From positions 49,931 through 113,930 of the forward strand of contig JBDKJY010000002.1 in assembly GCA_039796295.1 (NCBI GenBank): 64,000 bases of DNA, given 5' to 3'. Positions 21,038-30,381 of this stretch are shown piece by piece. The stretch comes from Verrucomicrobiota bacterium. GTDB taxonomy: Bacteria; Verrucomicrobiota; Verrucomicrobiia; Limisphaerales; SXTU01. Under the pieces are notes generated by a model. It was not told the origin of the DNA. It saw only the letters and a list, made by a program, of their open reading frames with translations, and did no database searches. The position numbers and the translations under genes are program-made. Positions within the stretch are counted from its first letter, which is position 1. Each line of letters opens with the position of its first letter.

Positions 21038-22453
21038 TCACTTCTTCACCGTCTGCTGAAACTTCGTCCGCTGCATCACGCCCCAGCCTTGTTTGCCGGT
21101 GAGGAACTGCCAGATGCCTTCGATGCGCCAGAGATTGTTGAGCTGCCGGTAACCGAAGTTTTCCAGCACCGCGCTCATCGTCAGCAGCGCTAGGTCGCGG
21201 GCGCGCGTGGTGCGTGTGACCATCATCTCCAGCAGCAGCGCGCTCGCGCTCAGGAAGACGCCGTAGGTGAAGGTCAGCGCCAGCCACGCGAAGAAGAAGT
21301 GCGGCGTCACCACGCCCAGGTAGCAGGAAATCGGCACGAGCAGCAGCCCGGCGAGCTCGACGATTGGCCCGATGATATCGAAGAGGAAGAAGTAGCTCAT
21401 GCCCAGCGTGCCGACCGGGCCATACTTGCGGTTGCCGACCATGGCGCGGTGCTTGGCGAGCGATTGCATCATGCCGCGCTGCCAACGGGTGCGTTGGCGG
21501 CGGAGGTTGCCGAATGTCTCCGGGGCCTGCGTCCAGCACACGGAGTCGGCCACGAACCGCATTTGATACTTCACGTCCCGGTCGCAGAAGTGGCGGTGGA
21601 GCTTGACGACGATTTCCATGTCCTCGCCCACGGTGTCGTGACTGTAGCCGCCGACCTGCACGGCGGCGCTGCGTTTGAAGAGGCCGAACGCACCGGAGAT
21701 GATGAGCATCGCACCGAGTCGGCTCCAAGCGAGGCGCGCGATGAGGAAGGCGCGAATGTATTCGATGCTCTGGAGCAGGGCCAACGGGCGTGTGGGCAAG
21801 GCGATGTCCACGACCTGGCCGGCGCGCACGGTGCAGCCGTTCACGATGCAAATGCGCCCGCCGACGGCGACCATCTCCTCCGGCTCCTCGATGAAGGGCC
21901 GCATCACTTGCAGGAGCGAGTCGTGGTCCAGAAGCGAGTCGGCGTCCACGGCGCAGAAGAGCGGGCAGCGGGCGAGGTTGATGCCAGCGTTGAGCGCGTC
22001 GGACTTGCCGCCGTTGACCTTGTCCACGACGAGCAGGCGCGGGTGGCGGGGGCTGCCGTAGAGGCCGCGGATTTCCCGGTGCGGCACGTCCGCGTGCCAG
22101 ACGCGCTCGATCTTCTGCAAGCCCAGCGCCTCGATCAGCACGCTTAGGGTGCGGTCCTTGGAACCGTCGTTGATGACGATGACCTCGAAGTCGGGGTAGT
22201 CCAGGGCGAGCATCGAGCGGACGTTCTCGACGATGGTTTCTTCCTCGTTGTAGGCGGGCACGAGGATGGAGATGGGCAGGGCGACGCCGCTGGTGAGCAT
22301 CCACCACGGATCAGCGCGGGAGACGCGGCGGCGGTGGTGGCGCAGCTCGGTGAATGCCACGAGGAGCTGCCAGAGGTAGATGACGCTCTGCACCAGCAGC
22401 AGCGCGAGCACGCAGCCGTTGATGAATTTCACGATGGACCAGAGCAAGGTCAT
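21038..22453 (-). CDS. Glycosyltransferase family 2, processive (PgaC/cellulose synthase-like)
   Basis: PAYNEE, NDGSKD, GGKSDALNAG, VDAD, GEDME, QRTRW; C-terminal TM helices. Confidence 0.92.
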   Translation of the reverse strand: MTLLWSIVKFINGCVLALLLVQSVIYLWQLLVAFTELRHHRRRVSRADPWWMLTSGVALPISILVPAYNEEETIVENVRSMLALDYPDFEVIVINDGSKDRTLSVLIEALGLQKIERVWHADVPHREIRGLYGSPRHPRLLVVDKVNGGKSDALNAGINLARCPLFCAVDADSLLDHDSLLQVMRPFIEEPEEMVAVGGRICIVNGCTVRAGQVVDIALPTRPLALLQSIEYIRAFLIARLAWSRLGAMLIISGAFGLFKRSAAVQVGGYSHDTVGEDMEIVVKLHRHFCDRDVKYQMRFVADSVCWTQAPETFGNLRRQRTRWQRGMMQSLAKHRAMVGNRKYGPVGTLGMSYFFLFDIIGPIVELAGLLLVPISCYLGVVTPHFFFAWLALTFTYGVFLSASALLLEMMVTRTTRARDLALLTMSAVLENFGYRQLNNLWRIEGIWQFLTGKQGWGVMQRTKFQQTVKK

Positions 22454-22562
22454 GGGAGGTGAAAGGCAAAAGGCAAAAGGCAAAAGGCAGAAAGCGAAGC
22501 CCGGACGCTGCGGACGATAGGTAGCCCATTTTCTCCATTTTCCTGTTTCCTTTTACCTTGTC

Positions 22563-23696
22563 TCACACGCCCACTCCCTTCTCGCGCAACAGTCCGCTGG
22601 CAATGTCCGCCGCGCGGGCGGAGGTGCTGTGCGCGGCTTGGAGCAGGGCCTGCACGCCAGCTTCGCCCAGCTTGAACAACGCCTCTGCCGCGTGGAAGCG
22701 CACCCACCAGTGCTCGTCGTGTAGCAGGGTGGTTAGGCGCGGGATCGCCTCGGTGGAGCCAAGTTGGCTGGCGCAGTGCGCGGCTTGGGCGCGGACCTCC
22801 CAGATGGGGTCTCTGAGCGCATCAAGGATGGCGTCGAGGGAACGTGGGTCCACGAGGACGCTGAGCGCCTGCATGACGGCGAGGCGGAGGGCGACGGACC
22901 CGTTGGCCGGCTGGCTGCGGTCAGCATAAGCCCGGCCCCGGCGGGCCTTGTGCTCGTGGATAGTGCTGCCTTCCTTCCCGCCGGAGGAGTGAAAGAGTTT
23001 CAACAGCGCGGGCACGGCGCGCGGGTCACCGATGTGGCCGAGCGCATCGGCGGCGAGCATCTGGACTGGCACCGGCACATCGCTCTCCAACACGCCTATC
23101 AGCTCCGGCACCGCGCCGGGCCCGAGCGAGCGGAAAATCTCCTGCACGCCGAGTGAGTGAGTGGCATCCACCACGGCGAGCCGCGCGACCAGGCCGGCGA
23201 CGGACGGCACCGCCTGAAGCCGGGTCAGGGCGCGCGCGGCTTCGAGGCGGACTTCGACCTGCGAATCGTCCAGCGCGCGTTCCAACACGGCGGTGACTTG
23301 CGCGTCCTTAAACCAGCCCAGCACCGCCGCCGCCTCGGCGCGCTGCCACCATTTGGGCGACTCGAGCCGGGCGAGGCAGCGGTCGCGTAAGCCCATTTCC
23401 CGCATGAGGTGCACGACTTGCTCGGCGTAGTCGCCGCGCACCTTGGGCAGCAGCTCGGCGAAGAGTTGGACGAGCAAACGTTGATCGGCGGGCTTGAGCT
23501 GGGCTTTGAAGGCGGGAAGAAACTGCGGCTCCTCGATGTATTCCAGCGCGAGCGCCATGAGGGATTGGCGGCGTTGCGCATCGCGCCGGGTATGGCGGTT
23601 GCGGAACGCCTGGCGCAGCACGAGCACCAGCAGGAGGGCCAGCGCGGCCCCGGCTAGCACCAGCGACACCCAATGGATAAGCGAGTAAAAGCCCAT
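22563..23696 (-). CDS. Membrane-anchored HEAT/PBS-lyase repeat protein
   Basis: N-terminal TM helix; repeated EVR..AA.AL motifs. Confidence 0.85.
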   Translation of the reverse strand: MGFYSLIHWVSLVLAGAALALLLVLVLRQAFRNRHTRRDAQRRQSLMALALEYIEEPQFLPAFKAQLKPADQRLLVQLFAELLPKVRGDYAEQVVHLMREMGLRDRCLARLESPKWWQRAEAAAVLGWFKDAQVTAVLERALDDSQVEVRLEAARALTRLQAVPSVAGLVARLAVVDATHSLGVQEIFRSLGPGAVPELIGVLESDVPVPVQMLAADALGHIGDPRAVPALLKLFHSSGGKEGSTIHEHKARRGRAYADRSQPANGSVALRLAVMQALSVLVDPRSLDAILDALRDPIWEVRAQAAHCASQLGSTEAIPRLTTLLHDEHWWVRFHAAEALFKLGEAGVQALLQAAHSTSARAADIASGLLREKGVGV

Positions 23697-23858
23697 TTGG
23701 TGCGCGGAGTCTAGCGGGCGGGTGGATCAGCGGAAAGGAGGGATTGGCGGCGGACTGGGGCGGGCGCATCCCTGTTCCTTGGAACGGCCTTGAGCCTGTG
23801 CCTGCTCTCCGGCCCAGCGGAGCCGGATTAGGATCAGCTTCTCCGCCAGGGCCTGCCT

Positions 23859-25928
23859 TCACCAGCTCATGATGGGGAGCAGGCTGGCGTAGTCATCGGT
23901 CCAGAGGGGAACGATTTTCTTAGAGGGTTCTTTGTGCCCTTTCTCCGAGGAGGGCTGGCGGCTGGCGATAAGGACGAGGAGGTCGGTGTTCTTGGTCAGC
24001 AGCACCCAAGTGGAGCTGTAGATCCACCAGTCCTTCTCGCCGTCGCCGTCGGAGATGGAGAGGTGTTCGTAGCCGAATTCTTTCGCGACGTTGGCGACGA
24101 CGGGTTCGAGGTCGAGGTAGCGGTTGGAGATGTGGATGGCGAGGATGCCGTCGGGGGCGAGGTGTTTGCCGTAGATGGCGACGGCTTCCTTGGTGAGGAG
24201 GTGGACAGGGATCGCGTCGCTGCTGAAGGCGTCGAGGGCAAGGACATCGAAGCGCTGCGGTTCCTCGCGTTCCATGGAGAGGCGGGCGTCGCCCAAGACG
24301 ACGTCAACGGTGCCGCCGAGGGCGCGGGTGTCTTTGATGAAGCTGAAGTGGTTGGTGGCGACGCGCAGGACCTCCGAGTTGATTTCGTAGATGCGGACGT
24401 AATCGCCCTTCTCGCCGAAGGCGGCGGTGGTGCCGGTGCCCAGGCCCACGACGCCGATGCGCTTCTGTTTGCTCGGGAAGTTGCGGATGGCCAGCGCCAC
24501 GCCGCTGCCTTCGCCGTAATAGCTGGTGATGCGGCGGCGCTGGTCGGGGTCAGTGAGCTGGAAGCCGTGGGTGATGCGACCGTGCTGGAGCAGGAGGTAG
24601 CGGGAGCCGGGGGTGTCCGCGCCGTATTCGAGCACGGACATCGCGCCATAAAAGTTGCGCGTGGACTCGATGACATTGTCCTTCTCGTGGCTCTGGACGA
24701 AGAACGCGAGGCACACAGCCATCGCGACGAGCGAGCCGGCCATCCACGCGTGGAAGCGCCACCACCGGAAGTTGGGCACGCGCCAGTTGGGCAAGCAGAC
24801 GAGCCAGACCAGCAGGGCGCACGCGCCGCAGGACCACGCCAGTTCCGCGTAAGTGGTGAAGACGTGCGGCGCGACCACGGCGACGAGGAAGCCGCCCAGC
24901 GCGCCGCCAACGGAAATCATCAGGTAGAAGGTCGTAAGCCAGCGCGGGTGCGGTTTCAGGGCATACAGTTCGCCGTGGCAGACCATGCTCGCGACGAACA
25001 TGGTCAGGCAGAAGGCGGGAATCTGCCACGCGATGCGGACTTCGTTAATGTTGGCTAGGACGTAGATGAGCCAGCCGAAGCACGCGACCATCGCGGGGAT
25101 GAAGAGCGGTCGCCAATACCAGCGGTGCGCATCGAAGCAGAGGATGAAGGTGAGCAGATAGAGGCTTAAGGGCAGAATCCAGAGGAAGGGAATCACCGCG
25201 ACGTCTTGGGTGAGCTTGTTGGTCGTCGCCAGCAGCAGGGCGGAGGCGCAGGCGGGCAGCGCGAGCCAGAGGAATTTCTGCCGGAGCGAAGGGGCGGCGG
25301 CGGGGGCTTCGTCAGCCGGGTTGTTCGCGGGGATTTCGTCCGTCGGGTTTTTGTTCCAGAGCAGCCACACGCACCACGCCGCGAAGGCAACGTAGGCCAC
25401 CAAGCCCCAGCCCCACGCGTGCGCTTGGAATTTGCGCGGCAGCTCCGGCTCGATGAGGAAGGGATACGCCAGCAGCGCCAGCAGCGAGCCAATGTTCGAC
25501 AGCGCGTAGAGGCGATAGGGGGATTTGTCCGGGTGCAGCCGCGAGAACCACGACTGCATCAGCGGGCCGGTCGTGGAGACGACGAAGTAAGGTAGGCCGA
25601 TGGTTGCGCCGAGGAGCAGCAGGATGTGGGTGATGGGAGCGTCGCCGGAGGTGGGTTTCCAAGCGTCGGCGGGAATGATGGGCAGCACCGCGAGCGACAC
25701 GAGCAGGAGCGCGAGATGCACCACGGCTTGCCCGCGCGGCTTGAGCCAGCGGCTGAGAAAATGCGCGTAAGCGTAGCCCGCCAGCAGCACGAGCTGGAAG
25801 AAGAGCATGCACGTCGTCCACACGCCCGGCGTGCCGCCGAACCACGGGAGGATGTATTTGCCGATGAGGGGTTGAACGAGGAAGAGCAGGAAGGCTCCGG
25901 TGAAAATCGTCAGTGCGAATGGCAGCAT
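23859..25928 (-). CDS. Fused MFS-like membrane domain / spermidine synthase-like methyltransferase
   Basis: FLLFLVQP, PWFGG, LYALSNIGSL; VVGLGTG, GDARL, DAFSSDAIP, WTDDY. Confidence 0.9.
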   Translation of the reverse strand: MLPFALTIFTGAFLLFLVQPLIGKYILPWFGGTPGVWTTCMLFFQLVLLAGYAYAHFLSRWLKPRGQAVVHLALLLVSLAVLPIIPADAWKPTSGDAPITHILLLLGATIGLPYFVVSTTGPLMQSWFSRLHPDKSPYRLYALSNIGSLLALLAYPFLIEPELPRKFQAHAWGWGLVAYVAFAAWCVWLLWNKNPTDEIPANNPADEAPAAAPSLRQKFLWLALPACASALLLATTNKLTQDVAVIPFLWILPLSLYLLTFILCFDAHRWYWRPLFIPAMVACFGWLIYVLANINEVRIAWQIPAFCLTMFVASMVCHGELYALKPHPRWLTTFYLMISVGGALGGFLVAVVAPHVFTTYAELAWSCGACALLVWLVCLPNWRVPNFRWWRFHAWMAGSLVAMAVCLAFFVQSHEKDNVIESTRNFYGAMSVLEYGADTPGSRYLLLQHGRITHGFQLTDPDQRRRITSYYGEGSGVALAIRNFPSKQKRIGVVGLGTGTTAAFGEKGDYVRIYEINSEVLRVATNHFSFIKDTRALGGTVDVVLGDARLSMEREEPQRFDVLALDAFSSDAIPVHLLTKEAVAIYGKHLAPDGILAIHISNRYLDLEPVVANVAKEFGYEHLSISDGDGEKDWWIYSSTWVLLTKNTDLLVLIASRQPSSEKGHKEPSKKIVPLWTDDYASLLPIMSW

Positions 25929-26054
25929 GATAATGGCCCGCCGGCCAAGCGGGCCGGGCGGAAAGTTCGGCGGAGAATGGAGTTTTGAAGCGGCTTGGAA
26001 AGGAGAATGTCGCGGGGGCGAAACCCTCCTGGCGCACGCGGCGTCCACACGGCC

Positions 26055-27899
26055 ATGCAAAAGCGCCAAACTCCAATTCGTAGCCGCCAAGGTGCGGAGG
26101 CGGAACTCGTCTCCAGCCAATCCGCCTCCTTACCTCGGCGGTTACCGCGCACCGTTGGGATTTGGAGCTGGGTGTTTCTTTGGAGCTTGGGATTGGGGAT
26201 TTGGTGCTTTCCCGCTGCCGCCGCGCCCGCGAAGCCGAACCTCATTTACATCCTCGCCGACGACATGGGCTTCTCGGACATCGGCTGCTACGGCGGTGAA
26301 ATTGCCACGCCGAATCTGGATGCGCTCGCGGCGGGCGGGCTGCGCTTCACGCAGTTCTACAACACCGCGCGCTGCTGCCCCACGCGCGCCTCGTTGCTCA
26401 CCGGGCTTTACCCGCACCAGGCGGGCGTCGGCCACATGGTGGACAGCAAGAAGGGCGGGCCGGGCTACCAGAACGAGTTGAACAAGAGCTGCATCACCAT
26501 CGCGCAAGCCGTGAAGCCCGCCGGCTACCGCGCCTACGCCGTCGGCAAATGGCACGTCACGCCCATCACGCGCGAGGACGACACGCCCCGCCACAATTGG
26601 CCGCTCCAGCGTGGCTTCGACCGCTTCTACGGCACCCTCCACGGCGCGGGCAGTTTCTGGGACCCCAGCTCGCTCGTGCGAGACAACCGCATCGTCACCT
26701 GCGTCAGCGACGCCGAGTATCAGCCCAAGGAGCCCTACTACTACACCGACGCCATCAGCGACCACGCGGTCCGCTTCATCCGCGAGCACGCGCAAGCCAC
26801 GGCGGACAAGCCCTTCTTCCTCTACGTCGCCTACACCGCCGCGCATTGGCCGATGCACGCGCGGGAAAGCGACATTGCCAAATACCAAGGCCGCTACAAC
26901 GCCGGCTACGAACCCATCCGCGCCGCGCGTTGGGCCAAGGCGAAACAGCTCGGCCTCGTGGACCCGAAGTGGGAGCTCACGCCCGCGTCAGGCGCGTGGG
27001 ACGGCGTGCGGAACAAGGCCTTCGAGGCGCGCTGCATGGAGGTGTATGCCGCGATGATTGACAGTATGGACCAAGGCATCGGGCGCATCGTGGCCGAGCT
27101 GAAGGCGCGCGGGCAGTTCGAGAACACGCTCATCTGCTACCTGCAAGACAACGGCGGTTGCGCCGAGCCGATGGGGCGAGGCACGAACTTCAGCGCCCGC
27201 GCGGAGAAGCCTTCCCTCCCGCCACTGGCCCCGACCGACCGCCAGCACGGTAGCGTGCCGAAGCAAACCCGCGACGGTTTCCCCGTGCGCCAAGGTTACG
27301 GCGTGATGCCCGGCCCGGCGGACACCTACCTCGGCTACGGACGCGAGTGGGCCAACGTGAGCAACACGCCCTTCCGCGAATACAAGCACTGGGTCCACGA
27401 GGGCGGCATCAGCACGCCGCTCGTCGCGCATTGGCCGAAGGGCATCGCAGCGCGTGGGGAACTGCGCTCGCAGCCCGGGCACTTGATTGACCTCATGGCC
27501 ACCGCCGTGGACCTCGCCGGCGCGCCGTATCCCGCTGAGTTGAACGGCGAGCGCATCACCGCGCTGCAAGGCGTCAGCCTCCGCGCCGCGTTCGCCAACC
27601 AGCCGCTCCCACGCCCCGAACCCATCTTCTGGGAACACGAAGGCAACCGCGCCGCCCGCGACGGCCAGTGGAAACTCGTCGCCAAAGGCCCCGGCGGAAA
27701 ATGGGAGCTCTACGACATGCTCGCCGACCGCACCGAAGCCCACGACCGCGCCGCCGCCGAGTCAGCCAAGCTGAAGGAACTCGTCACCAAGTGGGAAGTT
27801 TGGGCCAAGCGCGCCCACGTCATCCCCTGGCCACACATGCCGCAGTATGGCGAAGCCCCAACGGATGCGCCGCCGAAGAAGGGGAAGAAGAAGGTGTGA
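26055..27899 (+). CDS. Arylsulfatase
   Basis: PNLIYILADDMG, FGly motif CCPTRASLLTG, GKWH, DNGG; start codon uncertain. Confidence 0.9.
   Translation: MQKRQTPIRSRQGAEAELVSSQSASLPRRLPRTVGIWSWVFLWSLGLGIWCFPAAAAPAKPNLIYILADDMGFSDIGCYGGEIATPNLDALAAGGLRFTQFYNTARCCPTRASLLTGLYPHQAGVGHMVDSKKGGPGYQNELNKSCITIAQAVKPAGYRAYAVGKWHVTPITREDDTPRHNWPLQRGFDRFYGTLHGAGSFWDPSSLVRDNRIVTCVSDAEYQPKEPYYYTDAISDHAVRFIREHAQATADKPFFLYVAYTAAHWPMHARESDIAKYQGRYNAGYEPIRAARWAKAKQLGLVDPKWELTPASGAWDGVRNKAFEARCMEVYAAMIDSMDQGIGRIVAELKARGQFENTLICYLQDNGGCAEPMGRGTNFSARAEKPSLPPLAPTDRQHGSVPKQTRDGFPVRQGYGVMPGPADTYLGYGREWANVSNTPFREYKHWVHEGGISTPLVAHWPKGIAARGELRSQPGHLIDLMATAVDLAGAPYPAELNGERITALQGVSLRAAFANQPLPRPEPIFWEHEGNRAARDGQWKLVAKGPGGKWELYDMLADRTEAHDRAAAESAKLKELVTKWEVWAKRAHVIPWPHMPQYGEAPTDAPPKKGKKKV
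26080..26145. repeat. GTAG-type REP inverted pair inside the 5' end of the sulfatase ORF
   Basis: gtagccgccaaggtgcggaggcgga ... tccgcctccttacctcggcggttac. Confidence 0.65.
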
Positions 27900-28544
27900 G
27901 GTGGCGGAAGTTCCAGCCCGACGACCAAAGTCGAAGGACGCCCCGGGAGCAGCGCGGACTTCACCGCCAGTGCGAAAAACTTCTCCAACCGGCTTCAACA
28001 TTCTGCGGCGGCACCAGATCAGTCCCGCACGGTGGTGAGCAACCTGCGCGGTCCCGCCCGCACCCTAGGTGATGAATGCAATGGCTGCCGGACGGACTCG
28101 GTTGATTGTGTCCCCCCCGCTTCAACGCTGCTACGTCGAGGCCTGGACATCGCCGCTCTGTGTTTCCCCCCAGACGCTGCCGAACGCCAACTTCCGCCCC
28201 ATCCCCCCACTGCCACAGCAAACTCACCCATACGGCTCCCTCCACCGACTCCGGTCCACCGGATCGACGCAAGGCCGGTAGGGTCGGCAACCTCGGTCCA
28301 CTGGCCGCCCGACAACAGTTGACCAGAACCAACTCGGCACAGGCACGATTACGTAACCAACTTGACCGCCACGGTGGGTCCGCTTATACCCAACGCGCCA
28401 CTGCGGCTGTTAACGCCTTTGGGTTTTCCATGATGCGTTAGAGGTCTCTGTGTCTGACCGCGTTGCAAGTGTGTCACGCAGCGTCAGGCGGTGGCGTTTG
28501 AGATTGGTTCGTTTCGAGAGTGAACTACTCAAAGTTGGTAGGCT

Positions 28545-28587
28545 GGAGAGATGGCCGAGTGGCTGAAGGCGCTGGTTTGCTAAACCG
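28545..28587 (+). repeat. att site (left): 5' half of tRNA-Ser(GCT)
   Basis: ggagagatggccgagtggctgaaggcgctggtttgctaaaccg, identical to 36763-36805; identity ends in the 3' strand of the anticodon stem. Confidence 0.95.
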
Positions 28588-28705
28588 TTTTCCCCGTTTC
28601 TCACTTTTCCTCTAAAACACCAATACAACCAATGGATTCAATGCTTTTGTGCGTGTCCTCATTTTTGGCCCGTGGCACGTCGTGACAGCATTTTGACACG
28701 TTTTT

Positions 28706-28802
28706 TGTCGGCAACTGTCGGCAAGTTTGGGTCATTTACCGGCTGCGAGGTTGCGGCCTGTTCGACTCGCCGCCGCCTGCCAATACCTGCCGACAGTTGC
28801 CG
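28706..28802. promoter_or_regulatory. Putative integrase arm-type sites, left arm
   Basis: tgtcggcaac-tgtcggcaag (28706-28725) and an inverted copy at 28788-28802; same motif is repeated at 36667-36697. Confidence 0.65.
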
Positions 28803-29276
28803 GGGCGGACAACTCCCGATGCTCTTGGGTAGTCAGTCCGATGGTCTGGCCGACCACGGGCTTGCATGGCGCGGAGCGGACGGCTAGCAATGCCGTCCTC
28901 CCGTCTGGCGGGCGCGGGTATCCTCCGCACTTGGGTTGTGTTTGCACCTCAGGGTACAACTCGCCAGACGGGCCTTCCCCTCCTCCCGGCTTTGCCTCTG
29001 CAAGCGCGTGGTGGGGCGGTGGGGGCGGGGCACGGCAGCCGGGCAGCAACGGCGCGACGCACCTTGCGCCAGCGCCAGCCGAGCCAAAGCCGGAGGTAGT
29101 CGAAGCAACTCACAAAGGGGAGGCGCGGCGCGCGTTTGGGCACGCCGCGCCATGCGTTCCGGGGCTGCTTATGAGGTCAGCGCCGGTCACGCGAGGTTGG
29201 GCCGCCATTGGTTCGCGCGGAAGCCCAAGGCCGGAAAGCCGGGTCATCCGAAAAAGGCCAATGGCGGCCAAGGGGT

Positions 29277-29831
29277 TCATGCAGTGCCAAGGGCGAACTT
29301 CAAAACTTTGCGCACGCGGTCGAAATCCTCCCCGCCGGGGCGAACTTCGTTCAGTAAGTTTTTGAACGCATCGCAACGGCGAAGCTCCTCGTTCAATCTG
29401 GCAACAGCGGGGGATTCGCGTTGCGTCTCGACTCCGACGCGCGCGGCAATGACGGCCTCGGCCTCGACGATCTCGGCCAGCTCCTTTTCGAGCCGTTCCT
29501 TCACGATGGGCAGCGCGGCTTTCAACGGCTCCAGGGTGCGAGCGACAATCCTGCCGCGAATTGTGTGGGCGGCTCGCGCACTGTTCGAGCCGATGGCCAA
29601 CAGGCGCAAGGGCAGCGTTGCGGTCAACTCGACGCTGCGCCGGAAGGTTTCGTCGTTCGGGTTGTGCTCTGCCTCATTGCGAGCGGCGTGTTCAGCCCGG
29701 CGGGCTTCGGCCTGCTGTTCAGACAGGCTCTCAAGCCATGCAATGTCTTTGCCGTTCTCCGCTTCGATCTTGCGCAGCGGCGCGAGCGGGTCGGGCGAGA
29801 GTTTCAGAAACAAGCGTTGAATCAGGTTCAT
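29277..29831 (-). CDS. Satellite hypothetical alpha-helical protein (paralog A)
   Basis: 184 aa, amphipathic helices, colinear similarity to 29838-30374. Confidence 0.75.
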   Translation of the reverse strand: MNLIQRLFLKLSPDPLAPLRKIEAENGKDIAWLESLSEQQAEARRAEHAARNEAEHNPNDETFRRSVELTATLPLRLLAIGSNSARAAHTIRGRIVARTLEPLKAALPIVKERLEKELAEIVEAEAVIAARVGVETQRESPAVARLNEELRRCDAFKNLLNEVRPGGEDFDRVRKVLKFALGTA

Positions 29832-29837
29832 GGTGGT

Positions 29838-30374
29838 TCAGGCGTTGAAACCTTGCAGCAACCACGCCGCGTGGTGCGCGAGGCGCTGGTCGTTTTCGAC
29901 TTCGTGCAGCGCGTTCTGCGCGGCTTCGACGCGGGCCTTGATCTTCGTGGAAAGTCCGCCGGAGAGTTCCGCCGCCGGCACGCCGAGCTTTTCCGCACGG
30001 GTGGCGTCCTCTGCCGCCAGCGCGGATTCCTCGCGGGTCCAAAGGTCAATCGCCGCTTCGAGGGCGGGCGCTAGCGTCTCTTTGAGGCGGACAAGCTCAC
30101 TGCTGGTCTGCCATGACACCAAGGACGTGAACGCTTCGCGCAAGCCGGGGGCCTGTGTGGTTTCTGCGGCCATCGCGGCGACAAGGGCGGCGGCGGTTGC
30201 GTCGGAGGGTTCGTTTTGAAGCCGGGTGCGTGCGGTGCGAACGTCGGCGGCAAGCGCCTCGGCTTTCTGGTGGAAGGCCGCGCGCCATTCCGCATCCTTG
30301 GCGGACTGCGCTACGGCGCGGCGAAGGGCGGCGATTTCAACGGGCGGATTTTTTTTGAACAGGGAGGTAAACAT
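29838..30374 (-). CDS. Satellite hypothetical alpha-helical protein (paralog B)
   Basis: 178 aa, Ala-rich helices, tight operon spacing (6-7 nt to neighbours). Confidence 0.75.
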   Translation of the reverse strand: MFTSLFKKNPPVEIAALRRAVAQSAKDAEWRAAFHQKAEALAADVRTARTRLQNEPSDATAAALVAAMAAETTQAPGLREAFTSLVSWQTSSELVRLKETLAPALEAAIDLWTREESALAAEDATRAEKLGVPAAELSGGLSTKIKARVEAAQNALHEVENDQRLAHHAAWLLQGFNA

Positions 30375-30381
30375 GATGGTT

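Noticed and set aside
27900-28540. Short ORFs between the sulfatase and the att site
   Set aside because: No recognisable motifs or consistent coding bias; treated as intergenic. A native tRNA promoter could not be identified confidently.
28545-28587. Second complete tRNA-Ser gene
   Set aside because: Lacks the variable arm, T arm and acceptor 3' strand; it is an att fragment.
28590-29276. ORFs in the left arm of the satellite (e.g. 28727-29365, 28732-29049)
   Set aside because: Low-complexity translations overlapping arm sites and a hairpin at 29122-29151; likely non-coding.
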